64,000 nt of DNA. It comes from Candidatus Dormiibacterota bacterium. GTDB taxonomy: Bacteria > Acidobacteriota > Terriglobia > Acidiferrales > UBA7541. The DNA lies in the NCBI GenBank assembly GCA_035569555.1, contig DATMMW010000040.1, positions 214,101 to 278,100 of the forward strand. The letters are read 5' to 3'. How positions within the stretch are numbered: the stretch's first letter is position 1; the number at the start of each line of letters is the position of its first letter. The position numbers and the translations under genes were made by a program. This document shows positions 39,087 through 48,804 of the stretch, in pieces. A model generated the notes under the pieces. It searched no databases and had not been told where the DNA came from. It worked only from the letters and a program-made list of their open reading frames with translations.

Positions 39087-40229
39087 TTATTGCTGGCAGG
39101 ATGCAGGGAGGGTAAGGGATCGGCCAATGGAGAGAAGGTGAGGATTGGAGAGTGTGGGGTTGGCGTGGGCGATGCACGGCCAAGAGGAAGCGTGGCCGTA
39201 GGTGGCGAGGGCGATCTTAGAAAGGGTGTCGCCTGCCTGGACCGTGAAGGAGTGAAGCTGTGATTTGGCCTGTTGCGAAGTCACGCGTGATGGAAGAACG
39301 AGTGTCGTGCCGGGAGCAAGACGTGTCGGGTCAGGGAGATTGGGATTGGCGGCCATGAGTTCTAGCCAACGAGTGCCGCGGCCGAGATGCTGGCGGGAGA
39401 GAGTCCAGAGCGTGTCGCCTTGGCGGACGATGATGGACTGCGCGAAAATTTTTGTTGAACGAGGAGAGCGAGACGCGGAGGGAAGATTTGGTTGAACGCT
39501 CGGCGGAAAGTTCGGCTGCGCTGAAGTGCGTGGTTCGACAGGACGGATTGCCATCGCGGGAGGGATCGGTTGCACACGACGGCGCGAAAATGGATCCACG
39601 CGGTGAGAGGGAATTGAGGGAAGCGCTGGGGCGGAAACGCTCGGCGCGCGATGGATCGGTGTAGATGGATTCACTGGAGCAAAATTTCTTGCTGGCGGTC
39701 GAGGCTGAGGAGTGGGTTTGAGTTCGGGTACCGGCGCGAGGATTTTTGGCGCGGCGAGTTCCGGTTGGTTCGATGGCAAATGGAACGGCGAAGGATGGAT
39801 CGCTTCGCGTCGCAAATTGCGGTAACGGCGAGCGACTTCTCCAAGCGGTTCCTGCGGCTTGCCGGAATTTGCGTCGAGCGGTTCGGTGTTTGGCTTTGCG
39901 GTTGGAGCTGCGGGCCGTTTGCGGTTGGCGGCTGCGCGGGTTTGATCTTCGGGAGTGAGAATCTTTCCGCGGCGAAGATCTTCGTTGGTGTAGACGTGAT
40001 GCTCGGCAGGCGGTTGCTGTTTGCGAGCGCGTTCCTGGCGCGCGGCTTCCGCGACGTCTTGCGAAGACTGTTGCGAGTCGGACGATTGCGCGCGGACCGG
40101 CGAAGCGCTGCTCGCGAAAAAAATCGAACCGAGAAAAGCTGCGACAACAAACCGCGCAAAAAGAATCGAGTTCACGCCGGACGGCGCTTGTTGGCGGCAA
40201 TGTGCGAGGGAACTAGACATCTTCGGCAA
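39087..40229 (-). CDS. LysM-domain peptidoglycan-binding protein
   Basis: Two C-terminal LysM repeats (IIVRQGDTLWTLSRQHLG..., FTVQAGDTLSKIALATYG...) after a Pro-rich disordered region. Confidence 0.8.
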   Translation of the reverse strand: MPKMSSSLAHCRQQAPSGVNSILFARFVVAAFLGSIFFASSASPVRAQSSDSQQSSQDVAEAARQERARKQQPPAEHHVYTNEDLRRGKILTPEDQTRAAANRKRPAAPTAKPNTEPLDANSGKPQEPLGEVARRYRNLRREAIHPSPFHLPSNQPELAAPKILAPVPELKPTPQPRPPARNFAPVNPSTPIHRAPSVSAPALPSIPSHRVDPFSRRRVQPIPPAMAIRPVEPRTSAQPNFPPSVQPNLPSASRSPRSTKIFAQSIIVRQGDTLWTLSRQHLGRGTRWLELMAANPNLPDPTRLAPGTTLVLPSRVTSQQAKSQLHSFTVQAGDTLSKIALATYGHASSWPCIAHANPTLSNPHLLSIGRSLTLPASCQQ

Positions 40230-40420
40230 CCAAACCAGAGAAACTTCACCAGGATTACAACCGGGGACAGTTCGTTGGCGGGAATCGTATGAAAAATGGC
40301 CGTCTTTGGCAATGAGATTCCGTGGGCAAACGGTTTGGGACGTTCGTACTGGAAGTTAGGGATGACATATACGGCGAGCCAAGAGTTTCTGGATAGTAAA
40401 GTTCAGCGAAAAGTGTCGGA

Positions 40421-40753
40421 TTATTTCTGCCCGGGTTCCGTCAGTATTTCCCCGAGGCGATCGAAGCGGCGTTCCCAGAGAATGCGGCGGTCAGAGATCC
40501 ATTTTTCGATGAGGGCGAAACCTTTAGGTTCGATTTGGCAGGTGCGGACACGACCGACTTTTTCGGTGCGGATGAAATTGCTCTCTTCGAGAATTTGGAG
40601 ATGTTGGACGACGGCCGCGAGCGTCATGTCCATCGGTTCGGCGAGCGTGGAGACGGAGATCGGGCCATGGCTGAGTTTTTCGAGAATGGCACGGCGCGTA
40701 GGATCGCCCAGAGCGTGGAAGGCGCGATCGACAGAAGTTTGTTGGCTAAGCAT
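40421..40753 (-). CDS. ArsR/SmtB-family transcriptional regulator
   Basis: 110 aa. Has FHALGDPTRRAILEKLSHGPISVSTLAEPM wHTH. Confidence 0.85.
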   Translation of the reverse strand: MLSQQTSVDRAFHALGDPTRRAILEKLSHGPISVSTLAEPMDMTLAAVVQHLQILEESNFIRTEKVGRVRTCQIEPKGFALIEKWISDRRILWERRFDRLGEILTEPGQK

Positions 40754-40825
40754 TTGTTGTCCCTTTCTCTGCGAACCCTATAACTCCCGAAATCTTCGCG
40801 GCTGGAAGCCAACGTTACAAAGAGT

Positions 40826-41284
40826 TTAGTTGGCCAATGTGCGGGCGAGCTGGTCGAAGAGCTGGCGCCAGCCGTCTTCACGGAGTTTAGGGCCGTCGGA
40901 CTTTTCGAAGAAGGCGGCTTGTTCGGTGAAGACGAGCGTGGTGCCATTCTCCGAAGGGATTAGTTCGAAGGTCGTTTGGGAGGAAGAGAAAGCGTGATCA
41001 TTCATCGTCATGGTGTATGCAATGACGATGCGATGGTTGGGGACGATGACGAGGAAGTAGGTGTCGTTGGTGCAGGCCGGAAAATCGGGGAAGTGCATGC
41101 GAGTGACTTCCTTGCCGCCCACCCGGAAGTCCAGTTCATAGGATTCGATTTTGGCGCCTTCGCCGTCGGCGAACCACTTGCGCTTTTTGGCGGGGTCCGA
41201 GAAAGCAGCAAAGACACGTTCGGGAGGTACGGGGAATTTGCGTTCGAGAATGATTGTGGCATGCGTAGCGCGATTGATTTCCAT
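40826..41284 (-). CDS. SRPBCC/AHSA1-domain protein
   Basis: 152 aa. ILERKFPVPPERVFAAFSDP is a typical AHSA1/START-like N-terminus. This family is a classic partner of ArsR. Confidence 0.8.
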   Translation of the reverse strand: MEINRATHATIILERKFPVPPERVFAAFSDPAKKRKWFADGEGAKIESYELDFRVGGKEVTRMHFPDFPACTNDTYFLVIVPNHRIVIAYTMTMNDHAFSSSQTTFELIPSENGTTLVFTEQAAFFEKSDGPKLREDGWRQLFDQLARTLAN

Positions 41285-41319
41285 GTTGGAATCCTTTGCG
41301 ATGGTTTCTGATGCGAAGT

Positions 41320-41880
41320 TTATGCCGCGGGACCGTAATACAGGACAACATTTCCGTTTGTGAAGGAACGAGTCTTTTGAAGTTTGATGGGTAGACGCTG
41401 CCTGGCGGTTTCGAATGGCGTACGGCCTTTGCCGAGGATGATGGGGCTGACGACGACTTGGAGATCATCGATCAAACGCTCTTCGGCTAGCTGCGTGATG
41501 ATTGTGCCACTGCCAAGAATGCATATGCCGTTGCCGGACTGCTGTTTGAGTTTGCGGACTTCGCCGGGGAGATCGGATTTGACGAGCTTGGTGTTCTGCC
41601 ATGTGGCTTCGCTGAGCGTTCGTGAAAAGACGACTTTCTGAGTGCTATTCATGCCTTCGGCGACGACGGGATTTTGCTGTTTGGCCATGGGCGTTGGCCA
41701 GTATTTGATCATAAGTTCGTAGGTGACTCGACCGAAGAGAAGCATGCCGCCCTGGCTGGCGTTGCCCGAGACGAAGTCCAGCCATTCGGGATCGGATTTG
41801 TGGGCCCAGCTCATGTCGCCGGAGGAGTCGGTGAAATAGCCGTCGAGAGAAGTTGTGATGAAGGCGCTGAGGTTTTGCAT
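41320..41880 (-). CDS. dihydrofolate-reductase-family (RibD C-terminal domain) protein
   Basis: 186 aa. Contains ITTSLDGYFTDSSGDMSW...LLFGRVTYE...ICILGSGTII. Confidence 0.8.
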   Translation of the reverse strand: MQNLSAFITTSLDGYFTDSSGDMSWAHKSDPEWLDFVSGNASQGGMLLFGRVTYELMIKYWPTPMAKQQNPVVAEGMNSTQKVVFSRTLSEATWQNTKLVKSDLPGEVRKLKQQSGNGICILGSGTIITQLAEERLIDDLQVVVSPIILGKGRTPFETARQRLPIKLQKTRSFTNGNVVLYYGPAA

Positions 41881-42066
41881 AGGTTCCTCCTGTTTCTTTC
41901 GGATTATTTAGTTTAGCGTACGCTTAAGTATTGGGCGAGCCGAAATAATTGTCAAGTAAACACTTAAGTTATTTGTTTTGTGGCTGAATGGCATTTTTGT
42001 TTTGTCGCCGCGCAGTACAAAGAGGGACTACGAAGGATGGGTGTGTCTTTTCCCTGGAGGAATATT

Positions 42067-42891
42067 ATGTACGGAGCAGGCTCGAAGATAGTTTTGGGTG
42101 TTTTTAGTTTGGCGCTGTTGATGTACTCAGCGAGTGGGCAAACTGCGCAAACACCGACGCAGACCGAAGCAACTCCACCAGCAGCAAAAACAAAACCAGT
42201 GCCGCCTCCCAAGCCTGCTCCCAAACCCAGGCCAACGCGGGCCGCGAAGAGTTCGGGAGCTGCTGCGACAAGTGCGACACCTTTGGGCGGAACAACTGCC
42301 AATCCGGCAAAAGGCGCCACTACTCTGGTAGCTGCGTCACCTGCGAAAGGGACGGTCCCTGCTTCTGCGACGACTACATCTTCGCCGGCGGCCAACGCGG
42401 TTGGTACTGCGACGAATGCTGCTTCCACGGTCGGAGGGTTGCCTTCGCGGATGGCAGGGAGTGCCGCACCGGCACCTGCGACAGGAGCAGCGAGTGGAGC
42501 GAACTCACGAAGCAGCCTGGCGACGCAGGGATTGGGGACGTTTCGCGGAGCCGACTATACCTTGACAGCATACGGGTGCTATCGAACGGGAACTGCGACG
42601 CGGGTGCTGTGCGACTTTGACATTACGAAACAGCGCGGCGCGCAGGCGAATGTCGCTCCGTTCAACAACGTAGTGGTCGTGGACAACGGCGGAAAAATTG
42701 TAAAGCGGAAAGATGCGTACTACATGGGACAAGACGGGACGCACATGCCCGCCGCATATCTGAGTACGAGCCCAGTGCGGTACGTCATGGAGTTCGACGA
42801 TGTCGCGGACTCGATCAGTTCGGTGTCATTGGTTCGCGGACGAGATCAGATTCAGAGCGTGCCAATCTCGGCAGCCGCAAATCAGAAGTAA
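42067..42891 (+). CDS. secreted hypothetical protein with Ala/Thr/Pro-rich linker
   Basis: ATG 42067 gives the signal peptide MYGAGSKIVLGVFSLALLMYSASG. About 150 aa of low complexity is followed by a ~110-aa globular C-terminus. Confidence 0.55.
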   Translation: MYGAGSKIVLGVFSLALLMYSASGQTAQTPTQTEATPPAAKTKPVPPPKPAPKPRPTRAAKSSGAAATSATPLGGTTANPAKGATTLVAASPAKGTVPASATTTSSPAANAVGTATNAASTVGGLPSRMAGSAAPAPATGAASGANSRSSLATQGLGTFRGADYTLTAYGCYRTGTATRVLCDFDITKQRGAQANVAPFNNVVVVDNGGKIVKRKDAYYMGQDGTHMPAAYLSTSPVRYVMEFDDVADSISSVSLVRGRDQIQSVPISAAANQK

Positions 42892-43064
42892 TCTACTTTC
42901 CAAGTAAAAACACAAACACCTTCTGCCTTCCATTCAGACGCACATCCTTGAAATTTGGGCTGGCGTACGCGCAGGCTTCCGTCTTGGAGTCTTGCGCGGG
43001 TGTGTGAGGTCCGGTAGGCTGAATAATTCTTTTACTGGCAAAGGAGCCGCAGGGTTCTCAGAGA

Positions 43065-44528
43065 ATGGCTGAAGAAAAGTTACCGACACGGGCACAGGAT
43101 TTTTCCGAGTGGTACAACCAACTGGTCTTGAAGGCGCAGCTTGCCGATTATGCGCCGGTGCGTGGCTGCATGATTGTGCGGCCTTATGGATGGGCGCTTT
43201 GGGAAAACATTCAAGGAGCGTTGGATCGGCGCTTCAAGGCGACAGGGCATCAGAATGTCGCGTTTCCCCTGCTGATTCCGAAAAGCTTCATTGAAAAAGA
43301 AAAGCACCACGTCGAGGGCTTTTCGCCGGAGCTGGCAGTAGTGACGATCGGTGGCGGGGAGGAATTGGCCGAACCACTGATTCTGCGACCAACTTCGGAA
43401 ACGATTATCGGGCACATGTGGTCGAAGTGGATTCAGTCGTACCGCGATTTGCCGGTGCTGATGAACCAATGGAATTCCGTGGTGCGGTGGGAACTGCGGA
43501 CGAAACTGTTTTTGCGCACGCTGGAATTTTACTGGCAGGAAGGGCATACAGCGCACGCGACGCAGCAAGAAGCAGAAGAAGAGACATTGCAGATGCTGGA
43601 TACGTACACAGACTTTGCCGTGAATGAAGCGGCGATTCCAGTAATTCCTGGGAAGAAGTCCGACGCGGAGAAATTTGCTGGCGCGGACATTACCTATTCG
43701 ATTGAAGCGATGATGGGCGACGGAAAGGCGTTGCAGGCAGGGACGTCACATTTCCTGGGGCAGAATTTCGCGCAGGCGTTCGAAGTGAAATATCTGGATC
43801 AGACGGGTGTGCAGCAGCACTGCTGGACGACGTCGTGGGGACTTTCGACGCGATTCATCGGCGCGATCATCATGGTGCATGGGGATGATCAGGGGCTCAT
43901 CATGCCGCCAAGGTTGGCGCCGTATCAAGTGGTGATCGTGCCGATTTTCAAGAATGACGAAGAGAAGGCGGGCGTGCTGCAGGTTGCGAAGGAGATTAAA
44001 GCCCAACTGATAAAGGCAAATATTCGCGTGACGCTGGACGAACGCGAAGGGCAAAGCCCGGGCTGGAAGTTCAATGACTGGGAGATGCGCGGTGTGCCTT
44101 TGCGGATTGAGCTCGGGCCGAAGGACGTAGCGAAGCAGTCGGCGGTACTGGCGCGGCGGGATCGTCCTGGTAAAGAAGGGAAGACCTTTGCGTCGATTGC
44201 GGATTTGCCAGTGACCGTGGAGAAGCTGCTCGGGGAGATTCAGGAGTCGTTGCATGTGAGGGCGCTGAGCTTCCGGCGCTCGAACACGCATAATGCGCAG
44301 ACGTATGAGGAGTTCAAGAAGGCCGTGGAAGGCGGTTTTGCGTACTCGGGGTGGTGTGGAAGCGGCGAGTGCGAAGAGAAGATTAAAGAAGAGACGCGAG
44401 CGACGATGCGATGCATCCCGCTGGACCAAGAGGCAGTTTTGGGAACCGGTGGCGGGGCGGCGTCTGGGAAATGTGTCTATTGCGGACAGGCGGCGAAGAG
44501 CCGGGCGATTTTTGCAAGAGCGTACTGA
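43065..44528 (+). CDS. proS: proline--tRNA ligase (archaeal/eukaryote-like type, no INS editing domain)
   Basis: 487 aa. Contains FSEWYNQLVLKAQLADYAPVRGCMIVRPYG, class-II motifs, and a C-terminal Zn-domain ending CVYCG...IFARAY. Confidence 0.95.
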   Translation: MAEEKLPTRAQDFSEWYNQLVLKAQLADYAPVRGCMIVRPYGWALWENIQGALDRRFKATGHQNVAFPLLIPKSFIEKEKHHVEGFSPELAVVTIGGGEELAEPLILRPTSETIIGHMWSKWIQSYRDLPVLMNQWNSVVRWELRTKLFLRTLEFYWQEGHTAHATQQEAEEETLQMLDTYTDFAVNEAAIPVIPGKKSDAEKFAGADITYSIEAMMGDGKALQAGTSHFLGQNFAQAFEVKYLDQTGVQQHCWTTSWGLSTRFIGAIIMVHGDDQGLIMPPRLAPYQVVIVPIFKNDEEKAGVLQVAKEIKAQLIKANIRVTLDEREGQSPGWKFNDWEMRGVPLRIELGPKDVAKQSAVLARRDRPGKEGKTFASIADLPVTVEKLLGEIQESLHVRALSFRRSNTHNAQTYEEFKKAVEGGFAYSGWCGSGECEEKIKEETRATMRCIPLDQEAVLGTGGGAASGKCVYCGQAAKSRAIFARAY

Positions 44529-44750
44529 GTCAGCGCCCGCCTTGGTTTAACTATGGTTGAAGTTATTCCCGAGATCCACGATACGGAAAGGCACTGCGCC
44601 TTAGGATGACAATGATTGGAGAATTGCGCGTGCGTAAACAACCCCAAGCGGCTGAAGCGGTTACAGAGTAAGAATTCACTAGTAACAGCGACGAAACAGC
44701 TGTACTTCGGTTTTCTCGACAGGCATTTTTCACGATGCTAGCCTCGAATT

Positions 44751-45158
44751 GTGGAAACGCACATCGTGAGCGGGAAAACACAACTATTGCGGAGAGCCGC
44801 AAACGAACGAGGTGAAGGGAAGTTAAAAGCCATCATCGTTACTGTGATTCTGGCCTTCCTTGTTTTTGCAGGCGTAAAAGTTGTGCCGCCCTACATTTCC
44901 GAATATCAGTTGAACGACAAGATGCAGGAAACGGCGCGGTTTGCGAGCGTGACACGCGCCAATGAATGGCAGATCAAAGAAACCATTTTCAAAACGATCG
45001 AAGAGCTTGAGATACCGGCCACCAAGGAAGATGTGAAAGTAGTGGCTGCGGGCGGGCGGGTTTCCATCACCGTGGATTACACCGTGCCGATAGACCTCTG
45101 GGTTTACAAGTTCGATCTTCACTTCACGCCGTCGACACAGAACAAAGACATTATCTAG
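44751..45158 (+). CDS. hypothetical membrane-anchored protein
   Basis: 135-aa ORF with a single TM (AIIVTVILAFLVFAGV). Start is uncertain. Confidence 0.5.
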   Translation: METHIVSGKTQLLRRAANERGEGKLKAIIVTVILAFLVFAGVKVVPPYISEYQLNDKMQETARFASVTRANEWQIKETIFKTIEELEIPATKEDVKVVAAGGRVSITVDYTVPIDLWVYKFDLHFTPSTQNKDII

Positions 45159-45241
45159 AGCGATGACCGGCGCAGGGAAACTGCCGCTTTCCAGACGTTC
45201 GTAGTTAAGAGACAATAAAGCTTCAGCCCGATGGAGAAAGC

Positions 45242-47878
45242 TTGCGTATCCGCATCCAAAAGGGATTCTGGACGTCCGCGTTCGGTCTGACCCTGCTAGG
45301 AATTGTTTTCCTTGTTTTTCTCCTAAGCGCCTCGATTTTCACCGGGTACTACATTAAATATTCGCGAATGATTGATGCCCGGCTTTCCGGGCACGTCCTG
45401 CAAAACACCACACAGATTTTTTCAGCGCCAGAGCAGATTTCCACAGGGCAGGCTTGGGGGCCTGACGATTTGGCGCAGTATCTCCAACGCGTGGGGTACC
45501 GGCCACAGGCGGATGACAGCGCGCTTGGTCAGTACACGGTACAAGGGAATACGGTGGATGTGCGGCCTTCGAAGCTGTCCTACTTCGCCGGAGGGAACGC
45601 GATAGCAGTCAAGTTTACTGGGAAGAGCATCCAGTCCATTCGTCCGCTTTCCGGGGGCACGGAATTGGGCGTGGCGGAGATCGAGCCCGAACTGATCACC
45701 AATCTATTTGACAGCGCACGGGAAAAACGGCGGCCGGTTCGCTATGAAGATTTGCCGCCGGTGCTGGTGAACGCGATTCTCTCCGCGGAAGACAAAAGAT
45801 TTTTTGAGCATCCGGGATTTGATTTCATTCGAATCTTCGGCGCTGCCTGGAACGATATGCGGCACGGGACACACCTGCAGGGCGCAAGCACAATCACGAT
45901 GCAGGTGGCGCGGACTTTCTTCCTTTCGACGGATCGCAACTGGCGGCGCAAGCTGGCCGAGGCGATGCTTGCGCTGGAGCTCGAACAACGCTTCAACAAA
46001 AAACAGATTTTTGAGATGTATGCGAACGAAGTCTATCTGGGGAACCGGGGGAGTTTTGGGATTCGCGGGTTTGCGCAGGCGAGCGTGGCTTATTTTGGAA
46101 AAGATTTGAGGCAATTGACTCTTCCCGAGTGCGCCTTCCTGGCGGGGATTATTCGCGCGCCGAATTATTATTCCTCAGCTGACAGGCATCCCGAACGTGG
46201 TGTTCAAGCGCGCGACCGCGTCCTGCCGCAGATGCTGGATAACAAATACATCACCGAGGCGGATGTGCAGGATGCAAAGCGCGCCCCGCTGAAGATTGTG
46301 CGCACTTCAATTTCCAGCAGCGAGGCGCCGTACTTTGTCGACATGGTGAAGGACCACCTGCTCGATAAGTATTCGGAGAATGAACTGCTGAGTGAAAACT
46401 TCCGCGTATATACGACGATTGATCCGGCATTGCAGCGGGCGGCTGCGACGGCTCTCGAAACGGGCGCGAAAAATGTAGATACGCTGCTGGCGAAACGGTA
46501 CGAAAAGTGGAAACGCGAGGCAGCGAAAAAGGGAAGCACCGAGCCAGTGCCGCAAGTGCAAGCCGCATTGGTGGCGATCGATCCGCGTACAGGGGAGATC
46601 AAGGCGCTGATTGGCGGCAGGGATTACGGGACGAGCCAGCTGAATCATGCCATTGCGCACCGGCAGCCTGGATCGGTCTTTAAGCCTTTCGTATATTCGG
46701 CGGCGTTTACGAATGCAGTCGATGGCGTGCAGCCGATCATTACGCCGGTGACTACGGTTGATGACGAGCCGACGACGTTTGAGTTCGAAGGACAGGAATA
46801 CACGCCGAACAACTACGGCGAAAGGTTCATGGGACGCGTGACGGTGCGCGAGGCGCTGACGAACTCGCTGAACGTTGCGACCGTAAAAGTTGCCGAGCAA
46901 ATCGGCTACGGGCGCGTGGTGCAAATCGCGCGGCAAATGGGATTGGGAAATAACATTCGAGCGACGCCTGCTGTGGCGCTTGGAGCTTATGAAATGACGC
47001 CGGTGGATGTGGCGGCGGGTTACACGGCTTTTGGACAAGGTGGCGTGCGCGCAGAGCCTCAGTTTTTGCGAAGCGTTGTGAGCGCGAACGGGACAACTCT
47101 GGAAAAAGTGAGTCCGCAGACGCATAGCGTGCTGGATGCCCGGGTGGCGTTTCTGGTGACCAGCGTTTTGAAGGATGTGCTGAATCGCGGCACTGGCGCG
47201 TCGGTGAGAGCGCGTGGATTTACTTTGCCTGCGGCAGGAAAGACAGGAACGTCCAGGGATGGATGGTTTGCTGGCTACACTTCGAATCTGGTCTGCGTAG
47301 TTTGGATTGGATTTGACGACAATCGCGACTTGGGGCTGACGGGAGGAGTGGCGGATGCACCGATCTGGGCGGACTTCATGATGAAGGCGACGACCCTCCC
47401 AGGTTATCGCAACGTGAAGGATTTTGACCCGCCGGAGGGAGTGCAAACCTCGGTGATTGACCCGGAATCGCTGGAATTGGCGACGCCCAATTGCCCAACC
47501 ACGAAGGATGAAGTTTTTGTGGCGGGTTCCGCGCCGACGCAATACTGCGAATTGCACGGTGGTGGAAAGGGAATTATTTCGTCGACCGGGTCATTTCTAT
47601 CACACATTTTTGGCGGCGGAGACAAAAAGGATACGGACGTAAAAACGGGAGCTGGACTTCCGGAAGGCGGAAAGTACGACCCCAATCGGCCGCCTAACGC
47701 TACCGGGCAGGGAACCGAGCCGGGTGCCGCAGAGGTCAAGGGAGAAGATAAAAAAAAGAATCCTTTGAAGAAGATTTTTGGTATCTTTGGGGGTAAGAAA
47801 AAGCCCGAGCCGGGCAAAACCGACCCAGGCCAACCAAATCCGAATCCGGCTAAACCGGACAAAGGAGATTCGCCATGA
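45242..47878 (+). CDS. class A penicillin-binding protein (PBP1A-type transglycosylase/transpeptidase)
   Basis: GT51 motifs (AILSAEDKRFFEHPGFD, GASTITMQ) and transpeptidase motifs SVFKP and KTGTS. Lys/Pro/Gly-rich tail. TTG start per ORF track. Confidence 0.93.
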   Translation: MRIRIQKGFWTSAFGLTLLGIVFLVFLLSASIFTGYYIKYSRMIDARLSGHVLQNTTQIFSAPEQISTGQAWGPDDLAQYLQRVGYRPQADDSALGQYTVQGNTVDVRPSKLSYFAGGNAIAVKFTGKSIQSIRPLSGGTELGVAEIEPELITNLFDSAREKRRPVRYEDLPPVLVNAILSAEDKRFFEHPGFDFIRIFGAAWNDMRHGTHLQGASTITMQVARTFFLSTDRNWRRKLAEAMLALELEQRFNKKQIFEMYANEVYLGNRGSFGIRGFAQASVAYFGKDLRQLTLPECAFLAGIIRAPNYYSSADRHPERGVQARDRVLPQMLDNKYITEADVQDAKRAPLKIVRTSISSSEAPYFVDMVKDHLLDKYSENELLSENFRVYTTIDPALQRAAATALETGAKNVDTLLAKRYEKWKREAAKKGSTEPVPQVQAALVAIDPRTGEIKALIGGRDYGTSQLNHAIAHRQPGSVFKPFVYSAAFTNAVDGVQPIITPVTTVDDEPTTFEFEGQEYTPNNYGERFMGRVTVREALTNSLNVATVKVAEQIGYGRVVQIARQMGLGNNIRATPAVALGAYEMTPVDVAAGYTAFGQGGVRAEPQFLRSVVSANGTTLEKVSPQTHSVLDARVAFLVTSVLKDVLNRGTGASVRARGFTLPAAGKTGTSRDGWFAGYTSNLVCVVWIGFDDNRDLGLTGGVADAPIWADFMMKATTLPGYRNVKDFDPPEGVQTSVIDPESLELATPNCPTTKDEVFVAGSAPTQYCELHGGGKGIISSTGSFLSHIFGGGDKKDTDVKTGAGLPEGGKYDPNRPPNATGQGTEPGAAEVKGEDKKKNPLKKIFGIFGGKKKPEPGKTDPGQPNPNPAKPDKGDSP

Positions 47879-48708
47879 CTCCTATTAGATTGGCGATTCC
47901 AGTAGGTGTTCTCCTCCTAGGCCTGACCGTAGTTTCCGCAGGACAAGCCAACGACGAACCGAAAGTAGAGACGACGTTTGTGCCTCACATGCAAGCGCCG
48001 GGGCAAGACGCGTCTCCGAATGCGCCGGTGGCAGTGTCCAAGCTCACTGCGGAAGAGATGGCTGACTTGATGATGGCGCGGAAGGAATTCCGCGAAGCGG
48101 TCGTCGCGTACAAAAAGCTGGCGGAACAGTATCCGACGAGTGCAGTCATCTCCAACAAGTTAGGGATCGCGCTGCACAAGGAATATGACCTGGGCGGGGC
48201 GCTGCGCTCGTATGAACGAGCCGTGAAACTAGACCCAACGTACGCGGACGCACAAAACAACATTGGCGTGATCTGGTACGACAAGAAAAAATTTGGGCGC
48301 GCGATTCGTGCTTATCAAAAGGCGATCAAGATGCGTGCCGACCTGGCGGTGTCTTACAGCAATCTCGGGTACGCCTATTTTGCCGACAAGAAATACGAAC
48401 AGTCGATCGGTGCGTTTCAACAGGCATTGAAGCTGGATCCGGCCGTGTTGGATCACAGTTCGGGCCGCGCGGGATCGACCGTGCAGGATCGATCGGTAGA
48501 AGACCGGGCAAAATTTTATTTCCTTCTGGCAAAGTCTTTCGCGGAAGCAGGCAATTTTGATCGCAGCCTGATCTATCTGCGTAAGGCAAAAGACGAAGGT
48601 TATAAGTCCATGAAGGACGTTCAGACCGATCCGGCGTTTTCCGCGATGCTCAAGCTGCCGGAGATGCAGGAAGTACTTGCGCCGAGGGCGCAGGACGCTA
48701 CTCACTAA
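47875..48708 (+). CDS. TPR-repeat protein (secreted)
   Basis: ATGA overlap with the PBP stop. Signal peptide. Several TPR units (AVKLDPTYADAQNNIGVIWY...). Confidence 0.8.
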   Translation: MTPIRLAIPVGVLLLGLTVVSAGQANDEPKVETTFVPHMQAPGQDASPNAPVAVSKLTAEEMADLMMARKEFREAVVAYKKLAEQYPTSAVISNKLGIALHKEYDLGGALRSYERAVKLDPTYADAQNNIGVIWYDKKKFGRAIRAYQKAIKMRADLAVSYSNLGYAYFADKKYEQSIGAFQQALKLDPAVLDHSSGRAGSTVQDRSVEDRAKFYFLLAKSFAEAGNFDRSLIYLRKAKDEGYKSMKDVQTDPAFSAMLKLPEMQEVLAPRAQDATH

Positions 48709-48804
48709 GCTGCGGCAGAAGGGTCTGCCGTCCTACCACCAACAGAACACGCCGGCCACTCTCTGAAGGTGTGTTTGCTGCGCTCTGATACAATTTTTGT
48801 GACT

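Noticed and set aside
46307-47557. 416-aa minus-strand ORF
   Set aside because: It is antisense to the transpeptidase half of PBP1A. The Arg/His/Ser-rich translation has no motifs.
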